A stretch of 64,000 bases of DNA from Lingula anatina (lineage: Eukaryota; Animalia; Brachiopoda): positions 4,278,001-4,342,000 of the forward strand of contig CM120640.1 of NCBI GenBank assembly GCA_051362555.1, in the 5' to 3' direction. The number at the start of each line of letters is the position of its first letter. Within the stretch, counting starts at the first letter, position 1. The notes below the pieces were generated by a model that saw only the letters and a list, made by a program, of their open reading frames with translations, did not search any database and was not told the DNA's origin. The translations under genes and the position numbers were made by a program. This document shows, piece after piece, positions 14,201 to 24,563 of this stretch.

Positions 14201-17200
14201 TAGATTAGATCGACCTACTTTAGATTGACTTAACTCCCTGGGGGTTCACCCTAAATAGCTGTCAGCCGGGCGGACACGAAAGTTAATTACCCACTTACAG
14301 CTTGTAGTAGGTGGGACGGACATTTAAGTCGGATTATCTGAAAGTAATCTAGTGAGACTCCCTGCGGAGATAGATCGATCTAAAATCTATGGGAATAGTG
14401 TTTCACCTATTGGGCTAAGCCTGCTGCCTTACTAAGAAATCTTAGTGTTTCACCTATTGGGCTAACCCTGCTGCCTTACTAAGAAATCTTAGTGTTTCAC
14501 CTATTGGGCTAACCCTGCTGCCTTACTAAGAAATCTTAGTGTTTCACCTATTGGGCTAACCCTCCCGCAGAAAAAAAGCACTTTAAAACGTTATGATATT
14601 TTTATTGTCCATTGCTAACTTTCATTGCTTTATTGCCCATTACAATTTGTGATCTTATATGTGTTATTGCCTGGCGTTGAGTTATAACTGGTGCTTTTTT
14701 CTATAAAACAGCAAATCGATTCATGTTGCTGAATCAGTGAAAATGATGTATATCCCGAGAACCCATTACTCTACTGCCTAATGTTGTAGTTAGGGTTGTG
14801 CAATGTTCTCAAGTATAGAAACGTCTGCTTTGATTATGCAAAGCATGTGTGTTGATGCATGAAGGGAGCAAAATATTCAAATTAAAGAAGAGAAAAATCT
14901 AGGCATCATCATTGAAGTTATTGGTGATGAATTATTATTTCTAAACGAGGAGAGAGGAGGAAATGACAGTTAATGATTTAGTAACTATAACAATAAAACA
15001 GAACTCTGAGGGGGCTTCTGGTAAAGTAACAGCTGGCCAACACCATGTAATCTGACAAAGAACTGAACTGTATGCAATAAAGAACAGAAATATTTGAATG
15101 TCAAAAAAGAGGACAATGTTTTTTAGTTTATTTATAAAAGTATAAAAATGGCCTTACATCAAAATACTGATTTTCAGTAGATGCTGATCTTCAGTTGGCA
15201 TTTTGCTCTTTCAATGTATGCTAAAAACATTTTTGGACACGCTATTATACAAAATAACTGGGTAATTTATAAATTATACATTTGTGGATCTGCAAGGGTG
15301 AATTAAAATTAGTTGCAGCTCTTCTTCGTTATTCTTTTCTTCAGTCTCAAGATGATAATCAAGAGTTATAAACCCACTGTGTACAATTTCCGACCACCTT
15401 GCAAACACACAAAGGCCATGGTTCTTTACTGTTTTCCCTCAGGTGGCAGTGAATGGTTTGCTGGTTTTTCACCCCAGTTATATGTGGTCAATGAAATAAC
15501 TAAATACATTCGGTGGTCATGCAGGGCCATTTCAGCCATTAAATACCTATGTTCTTACTTCATTGCAAGTGACACAATGATAAATGTATAGCCCTTGTTT
15601 TATAACAGTGCTAGTAACACTGACGAAGAATGAATACACTATTGTATAAATACATCTGCTATACAAGTGGAGTTAAAACAGCGGAAACAAGTTGAGCAAA
15701 CTATGCAAATGTGTTTTATGTGTTGGGTTAAATAAACAACATGCTTCTTTGGCAAATTTCTTCTTGCTTGAACAGAAAAGTAACTTTTTTGAGATTATCT
15801 GAAATACTTGCTTAGGACTTTGAATCTTTGCTTAGTGCAAACATTACGTGGATCAATAGCTTTAGATAGTCAAATTAAAACCTTATAATGCTGTTTTAAG
15901 AAATGCACTGGCTCATATCTAAAAGGTTTCTGTCAAATACTGAAGATCACAAGAGCCCCCACTGCAATAAAATTGAAACTGAAACTCATTTCTTACTGAA
16001 ATGTAAAAAGCATAGTGACAGAAAAACTAGATTAATGATACCACCAGAGCAGGAAACGACCCTGTAAAACTTAAGCTGCTGCTCAGTCTATTAAGTGAAT
16101 CATGCTTAAGAGCCATGCATGTATATATAACTGAAAGCATTAACAAAACGAGATACCCATTACTTGCCATTGTCTATGATCCTCTGCTATTTTCTAGTCC
16201 TCATGCCTATTTTGTTAATAATATATTTTGTATAAATATGTGTGTAAAAAGCAATAGTGTAGAGAGCCTATAAAATATAGTTTTTACACATTTTAGTTCT
16301 TAATTAAGTATTAATATTTATAATTGTTATTATAAATATCAATGGACATGGTACTCATCACTGGTGTAATTCAAATTGACAATTCACTAAAATGACAAGA
16401 AAACAACACTGATAATGATTTGCACATTTTGTTTCAATAAAAATTAAATGCCTGGTGTCATTTTGACGCAGGGTACAGCAGTTATTTGCACTCTGGCCAC
16501 ACACACTTTTAATGCTTTTAACGAAAGGCATTATTTCCTAGGGAGCCTGCCAATACAAGAATTACAGGATATGCACCTTGTTCTCCTACAGTTAAATTCC
16601 CACGGTTGTATGCACAAATGATTAAAAACACATCAAGAAATATTAAATGTGATACTGAGTAGAATTATCCATTATACTTTATGTGTGATAAAGCAAAATT
16701 GAGGTAATCTGATGATTAATCTGTAAATTCGGAACACACTTGATTTATTTGATCTTTAAATGTGATCTTATCTCTGATAGCTATATAGAAACACCTGTCA
16801 CTCACACAGCAAGCTCACTGCCCTGCTCACTTGGGTTATTTTGGGCTGAACAGTTGACATTGCTGCCAACAATGATGAATGAGAAACAAGTTTGTTTACC
16901 AGCTCTACAAGTTTACACATTGGACCCTTCACGCCAAATACTGGTTACAACACCAACTGTTAAAACATCTAGCTAATCCTTTACAAAAGAGACTTGCTTT
17001 CAAATTTGATACCACAGCATTGCTGGTTTAAAAACACATGCTACTTCGACAAGACACACTTAAAGAATTAAAAATGTTTATTCTAATAAACAGAATTTTA
17101 AATTTCCAGTATTGCTTGTAAAATATGTACAGATAATGAAATATTTCTGCAATATGAAAATAATTTTAAACAGAATTCTATTAAAAAAATCAAAACAAGG

Positions 17201-20199
17201 AGACTTACATGTTGCCATCAGGATGTGAGAATGTTCAATTTTGTCATCTCCTGCCATTGCTATGACAAAGTTAATGCTGGTCACTGGTAAATGAGTGTGG
17301 ATGGTCTCATCATCTGATAATACATGGAGAAGCTGCCCCGTGTCTGGATTGAAAACCTAAGAAATGAGAAAATGCACCCAACTTACTACATGAAATCAAA
17401 TATACTGAGCGTGAGTTTATTTTGGTATAATTCTAGTAGCTAAGAAATGATGTATCTATGTATATATATTTTAAACATATGAGATTTAAGTGTTGGTGGT
17501 ATCGCTAATTGATTTACAAGATATATCTGCTTCACTTAAAGCATGGGCATAGAATCCACGCCCTACAGGTAGCAGCAAACATTTTCTGTATGCTGAAATG
17601 ACAAAGATATAATGTTGAGAGGTACAGTGTATGAATGCTGCCATGAATATTTTAGTAACTGTGTTCTACTGCCTTGACTATGCAAGGCCTGATAAAAAAA
17701 ATCTTTAGAACTGCTGTAGGGCCAAACAGAACTGTTACTGATATATATTGGTTGGCGAGTTTTTTGTAAAGAGGTTTTAAGTACATAAAAACTGTTAATG
17801 CTGGTCAAATACATTGTGGGTAATTTTTCAGTATACAAACGACACTGTCAATATTTTTCATAATGTCACTTTTTCTCCACTTCTCCAAACCAGGCCAAAT
17901 GCATTTTCCTCTTTTAAGAGGAAAAAAAATCAGATTTGGTTGCACATGTCAACCAACTTATCAATGTTGTCTGGCCTAAAGCAATAAAAATCCTAAAATT
18001 TATCATCGATTTTTTTTTCTTATAAAAAATAAAGCAGGAAAATCAGAAAATGTATATTGGCAAGTTTCTGGGAATTCTGAGCTAGTGCATTTGATGACTG
18101 GAAATCATTGAAAGTTCACTTTGAATAATTTACAGCAGATCAATCGTAGAATTTTCCAGCCTTGAGCACCAGTGTTCTATTCTGCGTCTAATGGCATCAC
18201 ACACACACTTTACTGCTGTTAGTATTCTACCTATTGCAGGTAAATCTGATAAATAGTACCCTTATTGATTTTTGATAATTTAGATTTAGTTCTGAGAATT
18301 CTTCTTAATGGCTTTTAACTCTCCATGTTCTGCAATCAATAAGTTTTCTTCCCAAGTGAACATACTTAGGTAGAAGAACCATCAATTCAAGGGTTGATTT
18401 TCTTTCTTTGGCACTATATAGTTTCTTCACACACATACACAATGACACATATAAAATAGATCTAAATTAATTAAGAAAATACGAAAATAAAAAATTAGAA
18501 TCTCAGGCATGTAAAAAGTAATTTTACTGAATTTTTAGATCAAACATGAAACTAAATGATTATTTTCTCTTCAGTTCTGTAAAACAATTACACAAAAGTA
18601 TAATTCCACCATGTTTTGTGCATCACCTCCGTATAATTGCTTTTAAAGATGATATTACCTGCAGTAATAGTTTCCATCTTATCTTTAAAAACCTAGCAAC
18701 ACTTTATGTGTATTCTCACCTTTTCTAGTCTCATAAGATGCCAACCAGAGTTGAAAGTTTTGTTTTTCCTATCTCCATTACAAATTGAAATACTGCACCG
18801 ATTTTGTTATCTGGCCAATAAATATGCCACAGGGTAAAAAGTATCTCTATCAAAGCTTACTTTGATTGTCCCATCTGCTTGACCCACTGCCAATACATTT
18901 CCCTCAGGATGGAAGCGACAACACATCACTTCATGTGAACATTCCCTAAAACAAATAGAAAAAAAAAACATTAAAGTTTCAACTATTTATACAGCACAAA
19001 ACTGTTTGTGTGTTTTTTTAATCTACAAAAGATATTTTTCCCCTAACCTTTATTTTGAAAAAATCTGAGAGTCCTCGGCATTTTGGTATTTTTTTTTTCA
19101 TTTTCCGCTGACTTATTATCATTTATTTACTTAAAGTTCAACTATAAATTCTATTTATTTTCAATGCAAGAAGATTTTTAAAAGCAAATGACTGAGATAA
19201 AAATAAGGGAGGAGCATGATCTAAAATTGCAAGAAGTAAGGCTTATTATATACTAGTACAAAAGTGACCACTGGCCTATGAAAAACGCTGTAGGAAAATT
19301 GTACTAAAGCTAAATCGAATGAGACCAAACCATGCAGACTTCTGCAAACTTGCAGTATCCCCCCACCACCACCACAACTCTGTGATATTCAATATCTCTT
19401 CTAAATCAATTTGTGTGATGACTTTAAGCGGATGGCGTCTTGAAAATCCAAAGGTTCATTTGTCCTTAAAATCATATATACACGCCTCTGATGAACTTCA
19501 CTTTATTGCCAGTATACCATACAGTTTTCTTCATGCATTAATTAGGACTATCGAACCTTCCGATCAACGAACCTTCAGACTATGGCTTTTAAGCAATGTC
19601 TCTGCTACTCAAATAAATTAGTTGGCAATTCATTTATTTATTTTTAGATGTTTTTTTTACATGAAACTTTATGCCTTTCAAATATGATTCCAGGTGCATT
19701 TTCAATAGTTTATAAATTTGTAATAAATGATGCTGTTCACAATTGCAGATCCTGTCAATTACAAACAATATGAAAAAGAAGCTGTTAAGTTTCATGCATC
19801 TATTTGCATAACTCGACATTTTTAATGGTTAAATGCATAAAATCCCATGCACCTGCACTTGTCTTGTTAGCTCCCTCCCCCCCTCCCTTTAATAAATTAA
19901 ATTATTTTTTTTCAGAGGTTGTCCTAAGCATCGGCACTATTGATGTGGGCCGGATCACATATAAAGCAAAAATCATTTATCGATTTAAAAATCAGGTTGT
20001 TTTGTGTGTGTTACAAAAAATAGAAACAGTAAATATTGTGAAGACTTTAAACTTACAGAGTGTCTACCCATTTCAGATTTCCCTCCATACGTGGTTGCCT
20101 TGAACGAAAAGACTCCATGTCTGAACTCACACTTGTTCTCCTAGTAGAAGCGACTGAGCCCACTGACCCAGACCTTCCCCTTGGTGTGAACAGAAACAT
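11278..20199 (-). CDS. Uncharacterised WD40-repeat protein (~340 aa, 9 coding exons)
   Basis: ATG at 20199. Exons approx. 20057-20199, 18861-18945 (EVMCCRFHPEGNVLAVGQADGTIK), 17209-17356, 13306-13495 (ASGQIKFWH...FITAGADSEIHVYD), 12751-12891 (GHRLRVFALKFHPYEPNIFISGGWDDTVQFWDLR), 12366-12465 (GPHICGDALDID...ILTGSWR), 12071-12136 (IWDF), 11679-11771, 11278-11406 (TGA). Several GH...WD repeats are present. Confidence 0.88.
13921..14137 (+). mobile_element. MITE copy 1, imperfect TIRs, probable TWA target (PIF/Harbinger/Tourist-like)
   Basis: Left end CATTTCCAGAGATTAGATCGAT versus right end ATCGATCTAAAAGCTCTGGGAATA. Inserted at the TTA of the 47-bp unit and followed by TTA. Confidence 0.7.
14186..14397 (+). 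mobile_element. MITE copy 2, about 10% diverged from copy 1
   Basis: Ends are CATTTCCATAGATTAGATCGACCTA and TAGATCGATCTAAAATCTATGGGAAT. It occupies the same insertion position in the next unit. Confidence 0.7.
15670..16150 (+). mobile_element. Degenerate 3' fragment of a non-LTR retrotransposon (LINE) ORF2
   Basis: 15942-16022 translates EDHKSPHCNKIETETHFLLKCKKHSDR, resembling the C-terminal C-x2-C...ETxxHFLxxC zinc-knuckle-like motif of LINE ORF2. The surrounding frames are broken and the boundaries are approximate. Confidence 0.55.
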
Positions 20200-20312
20200 G
20201 CTGACATGGACTGTTGAACCGTTTAATATATCCGAATAAGATCTAACGATATGGAAATACTATTGTGCGTCGGTCGTCACTCAGCAAAACGTAAACTATG
20301 TCAGAGCAATTG

Positions 20313-20332
20313 AGGTCAAAGGTCAGAGGTGA
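20313..20332 (+). promoter_or_regulatory. Nuclear-receptor response element with three half-sites in tandem DR1 spacing
   Basis: AGGTCA-A-AGGTCA-G-AGGTGA lies in the divergent promoter between the WD40 gene and OXSM. Confidence 0.6.
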
Positions 20333-20884
20333 TAGCTCCGCAGTGAATGGTTATCATGTGCTGGCCAGTGGAGTAGAACCGTGAAGGGGGGTGGGTATCT
20401 ATTTACTTCGTTTATTTTTAAATATCTCACACGTGTTTGTAGTTAAAACTATAAGATAAAGTATGTTGTATAAATACAGTTGAGAAAGCTGATTTCAGAT
20501 TGACTGGCATGCAGTACTTTAGTAAAGATGTTTTTTTAAAAAGTATTTAATCTGATTCTACTGTAATTAGGTACATGTACATGTACTGGTACTACAGGTA
20601 TTAATTAATCCTGACGTACATTACTTCCTGGACTTGTAGATTGTAGTAACACGGGTGTAAATTACACTAGTACTGCATATCAATATCAATAATAGTATTA
20701 GATTTTATTAAAATTCCATTCTTGTAAATAAAATTTATTTTTCTTTTTACTATGAGTTTTGGTGTCTCAGGATCCCATGTCAAACTTCATGATTTGTAAT
20801 TTAACAGTATATTTTAATGGGCTCATATACTTGATCAAAGCCTTCACCTTTCAAGGAGGACTTGGAAGATTAAGTTAAACAGCC

Positions 20885-23293
20885 ATGCTTCAACCAAGGC
20901 GTGTGGTGGTGACGGGTCTGGGTTTGGTGACTTGTCTGGGCTGTGGCACGGCACATGTGTGGGAGAGAGTCATCAAAGGTCACTGTGGCCTGACTAAACT
21001 AGATGGCAAAGGCAAGAACCAGTTTTCAATTGTGTCCATTTATTCCTGTTTTCTCCCTGAATTCAAACTGGAGACAAGAAATAGTGTATTTGAAATATTG
21101 AAGTACTGCACAGTATATTATAAAAAATATTAAAGTATGTATGAAATACATTGTAAATGTCCCAATGTTACATTAGTTCCAAGTTTCAATTAATAGACTG
21201 AAGGTTCAGTTATCAGAAGATATAAGCTATAATTGCTTTTTGATACCTATTTTCTTAAGACAACATTGTTGGTGAAAACCTTTCATTTCTCTAATTGCTG
21301 TTCAATGAACCTCTTTGTACAGATCAATTGAAAAGTTTCAACTAGTGAACACCCATGAATCTTAAGACTTCTAAAATGATAATTAAAGTCTATTCAAATT
21401 ATTGAAAATTAATTCTTGTGTATTGTTGAAATCTAGAGTGATATATCAATATTGATTGATGCTGTTTGCCATTTGGTGTAGAATTTGCAGGTATTCCCAG
21501 TCAGGTGGCAGGGCGTGTGCCCATAGGAAGTTGTCCAGGAGAACTGAACCTGGAGGACATTGCTTCCTCTAGAGAAAGGAGATCCATGGCACAGGCTACA
21601 TTGTATGCTCTAGCAGCAGCTAGTGAGGCCTTGTCAGATGCCAACTGGAAACCAGAGACTGACAAGGAAAGGCAGAGAACAGGTGAATTAAAAGTGAATT
21701 GTTATGTATAACAGCATGCAGTAAGTGCAAAGATTAAGTAATGAATACCTAGTGTTAACTTGATAAAAAATCCCAATGACATATAGAAAAATCAAAATTA
21801 TGATTTTTGTTTAAAGGGATGAAATGGCTCATTAGTCTATGTTATTTTCTATTTTTAGGGGTAGCTGTCGGCGTTGGAATGGTTTCAATGGAAGAAATAC
21901 ATGAGGCTGGAGCTTTACTTTCAGATGGCAAATACAGCAAAATAAAACCTCACTTTATACCCAGAATCTTGGTTAATATGAGTGCTGGACACATTAGTTT
22001 GAGGCATGGCTTGAAGGTATGAAAGCCAGTCAGTTATCTTTCCAATATAATATTTTTCCAAGAAAGTATGAAGTAGGCCATGGAGGCAGGATTAAAATAT
22101 TGCTGTTCAAAAATTTATTTTATTGCTTCAGTAATTGATATTAGAATTTCTATTTTACTATTTGAATGTAGAATTAGTGACTTCATGGTCTCTGTACAGG
22201 GGCGGATTTAGGGCGTCTTCTGGGTCTTCCAGAAGACGGTCAGATTTTCAAGTTTACATTGGCGGGTATCTAATTTTTTCTGTCGGAAGACGGTCAAAAA
22301 TGAAGAACGGATCAGCAAAGATAATTTGGAAGACTGTCAGGAAATAACTCTGAATCCGCCCCTGCTGTACTATATTGGTGTACAAAAAATTATTTTATTG
22401 CTTCAACAATAACATAAACATACCCTCATTGATACTATAATTTCTATTTCACTATTTGAATGTAGTATTAGTGACTTCAAAGTCTCTGCTCTCTTTTTCA
22501 GGGCCCAAACCATGCAGTGTCCACAGCATGTTCTACTGGACTCCATGCCCTGGGGGATGCTTCCAGGTTTATACAGTATGGGGATGCTGATGTAATGGTG
22601 TGTGGGGGGACAGAGGCATCTCTGTACCCCCTAGCTGTAGCAGGGTTTGCCAAAATGAGAGCACTGAGCACCAACTTCAATGACACACCTGCTAAAGCCT
22701 CGAGGCCATTTGACAAATCTCGCGATGGTTTTGTAATGTCGGAGGGTGCTGGTATTGTGGTTTTAGAAGACTATGAGCATGCGGTTAACCGAGGAGCTAA
22801 AATGTATGCTGAAGTACTTGGATATGGATTATCTGGGGATGCTTACCACATTTCTTCACCTTCCGAAGATGGGACTGGTGCACGCAGCTGCATGGGAAAT
22901 GCAATAAAGAATGCTAATCTGACACCAAAAGATGTGACATACATTAATGCTCATGCTACTTCAACTCCTCTTGGCGACGCAGTTGAAGCACGGGCCATTT
23001 CAGAACTATTTGGACCTGAATGTCAGCACCTCTCGGTTTCATCTTCCAAAGGTGCTATTGGACATTTACTTGGAGCAGCAGGAAGTGTTGAAGCAATTTT
23101 AACCATATTGGCAATTAACAAAGGAATACTTCCCCCTACACTGAATCTCGAAGACCCAGAACCAGTGGGGACTTTTAACCATATCAGAGAATCTCAAGAC
23201 TGGAAACAAGGTCCAGGTCGTAGAATAGCACTTACAAATTCTTTTGGGTTTGGTGGAACAAATTGTAGCCTATGCTTGGGCGAACTTGTATAA
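20885..23293 (+). CDS. OXSM: Mitochondrial 3-oxoacyl-ACP synthase (type II KAS)
   Basis: Exons 20885-21011 ([11 protein letters not shown]), 21482-21682, 21859-22016, 22502-23293. The catalytic triad motifs [15 protein letters not shown] and [12 protein letters not shown] are intact, and the C-terminus has [15 protein letters not shown] follows at 23319. Confidence 0.95.
22197..22364. mobile_element. 168-bp MITE with CAGGGGCGGATT TIRs and 5-bp TSD CTGTA (hAT5-like)
   Basis: CAGGGGCGGATT...AATCCGCCCCTG, with CTGTA at 22192-22196 and 22365-22369 and internal repeated GAAGAC(G/T)GTCA motifs. Confidence 0.85.
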
Positions 23294-24563
23294 TATACAT
23301 TATAAATTCAAATTGCAAAATAAAAAGTTCCTAATGTGTGTAAGCTGGTCTCAAACATTTCACCTTTAAAAACACAACTTTGTGGAATCTTTTCATGCAA
23401 TTGAAAATTTGGTGGGACATTTTTAAAAAGATTGTTAATAATTTTTAATTAGATTAATTATTTTCAATTAGGGTTACGCAATGTAGTAAAATACATAATC
23501 ATAATGTACCCATTCAAATGATATTTATGGTGGACATGACACACAGCTCTTCATAGCAGTTAAATAATTTTCTGCTCAAAAAACACTGGATGTTTACTGA
23601 CAAACATATCCAGAAGTTAAATACAATTTTATTCATGTCATTATTTACAATTATCGTTTGTCCAATATATTATTATATCATAATATTATTGCACTGACAT
23701 AAACTGATGACGTATGGATGAAGTGGAACATGTACAATTCTTTTTACAGCATGTTACCATACACATAATTTGGATGCAAACAAGCAGGTGTTATCTTACA
23801 ACAGCACTGTGCAACTTTCACATGCTGAAATGAACAAAACAAATTACAAGATAATGTGGCGTCTAAACGTTGCTCACATAATTAAGAGAAAACTTATAGC
23901 ACAAGTCTGGTATGTTTTAAAGTAATACGTAAGATGTACAAGTCTGACATGAAGAGTGGACAGATGCACTTGTCATAGGGTGTTCTCAAACTTCTTGGAA
24001 GTTTGTGCGAGATGATCTTTACACATCTGCACTAATAAAAAGTTGCCTTACACATACTTAAGACTGAGAGGAAGTTAACGTTTCACACTGGGTGTAAAAG
24101 AGAATACAAATTTGTGGCAACTATAAAAAGGTATCAAACTAAAGAGAGAACAGCAGAATTGTCAAAAAATTTGTCATGGTACAAGAATGTTAAGTAAACC
24201 AAAATAAAAGCAACTATTTCATTTAAAAACGAACTTTTTATGTTATTACAATACAACAGATGCACTCTTCAACAGCATGCAGACTGCACATCAGCTGCAG
24301 CAGTGGTATGGCCGATTCCTTTTAATACTAATTGTAACACTAAGTGTTAAATCCTGTAGTATCACTGAGTGAATCACAGCTTTGTAACAGTAAGGGTTTT
24401 GCTCTTCTGGAAAATTCAACCTTTATTCCCTCATCATTGTCTCCCACCATCTGCTGCTTGCTTTTATAAGAGAACTGCACCATCGTATAAATGACTTAAA
24501 TGAATGGAAAGCCTGTTTCCTAGCCGGATGAGTCTCTTCTCTCAAGTTAACACTTCACTGTAT

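Larger units (their letters stand above)
13772..14563. repeat. 47-bp tandem array (~8 units) interrupted by two MITE copies
   Basis: The unit AGAAATCTTAGTGTTTCACCTATTGGGCTAACCCTGCTGCCTTACTA starts at 13772, 13819, 13866, 13913, 14178, 14435, 14482 and 14529 (partial). Confidence 0.95.

Noticed and set aside
13921-14397. Hammerhead or other self-cleaving ribozyme in the repeat/MITE units
   Set aside because: I could not find a CTGANGA...GAAA core with compatible stems by eye. An Infernal/Rfam scan would settle it.
13772-14563. CRISPR array interpretation of the 47-bp repeats
   Set aside because: The context is a eukaryotic intron with no cas genes. Most units are directly adjacent without spacers, and the two inserts are homologous to each other rather than unique.
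22517-23293. Bacterial fabF horizontal transfer, suggested by the long uninterrupted KAS ORF
   Set aside because: The ORF is the last exon of a spliced gene with host-like composition, and OXSM is the normal nuclear-encoded mitochondrial FabF homologue.
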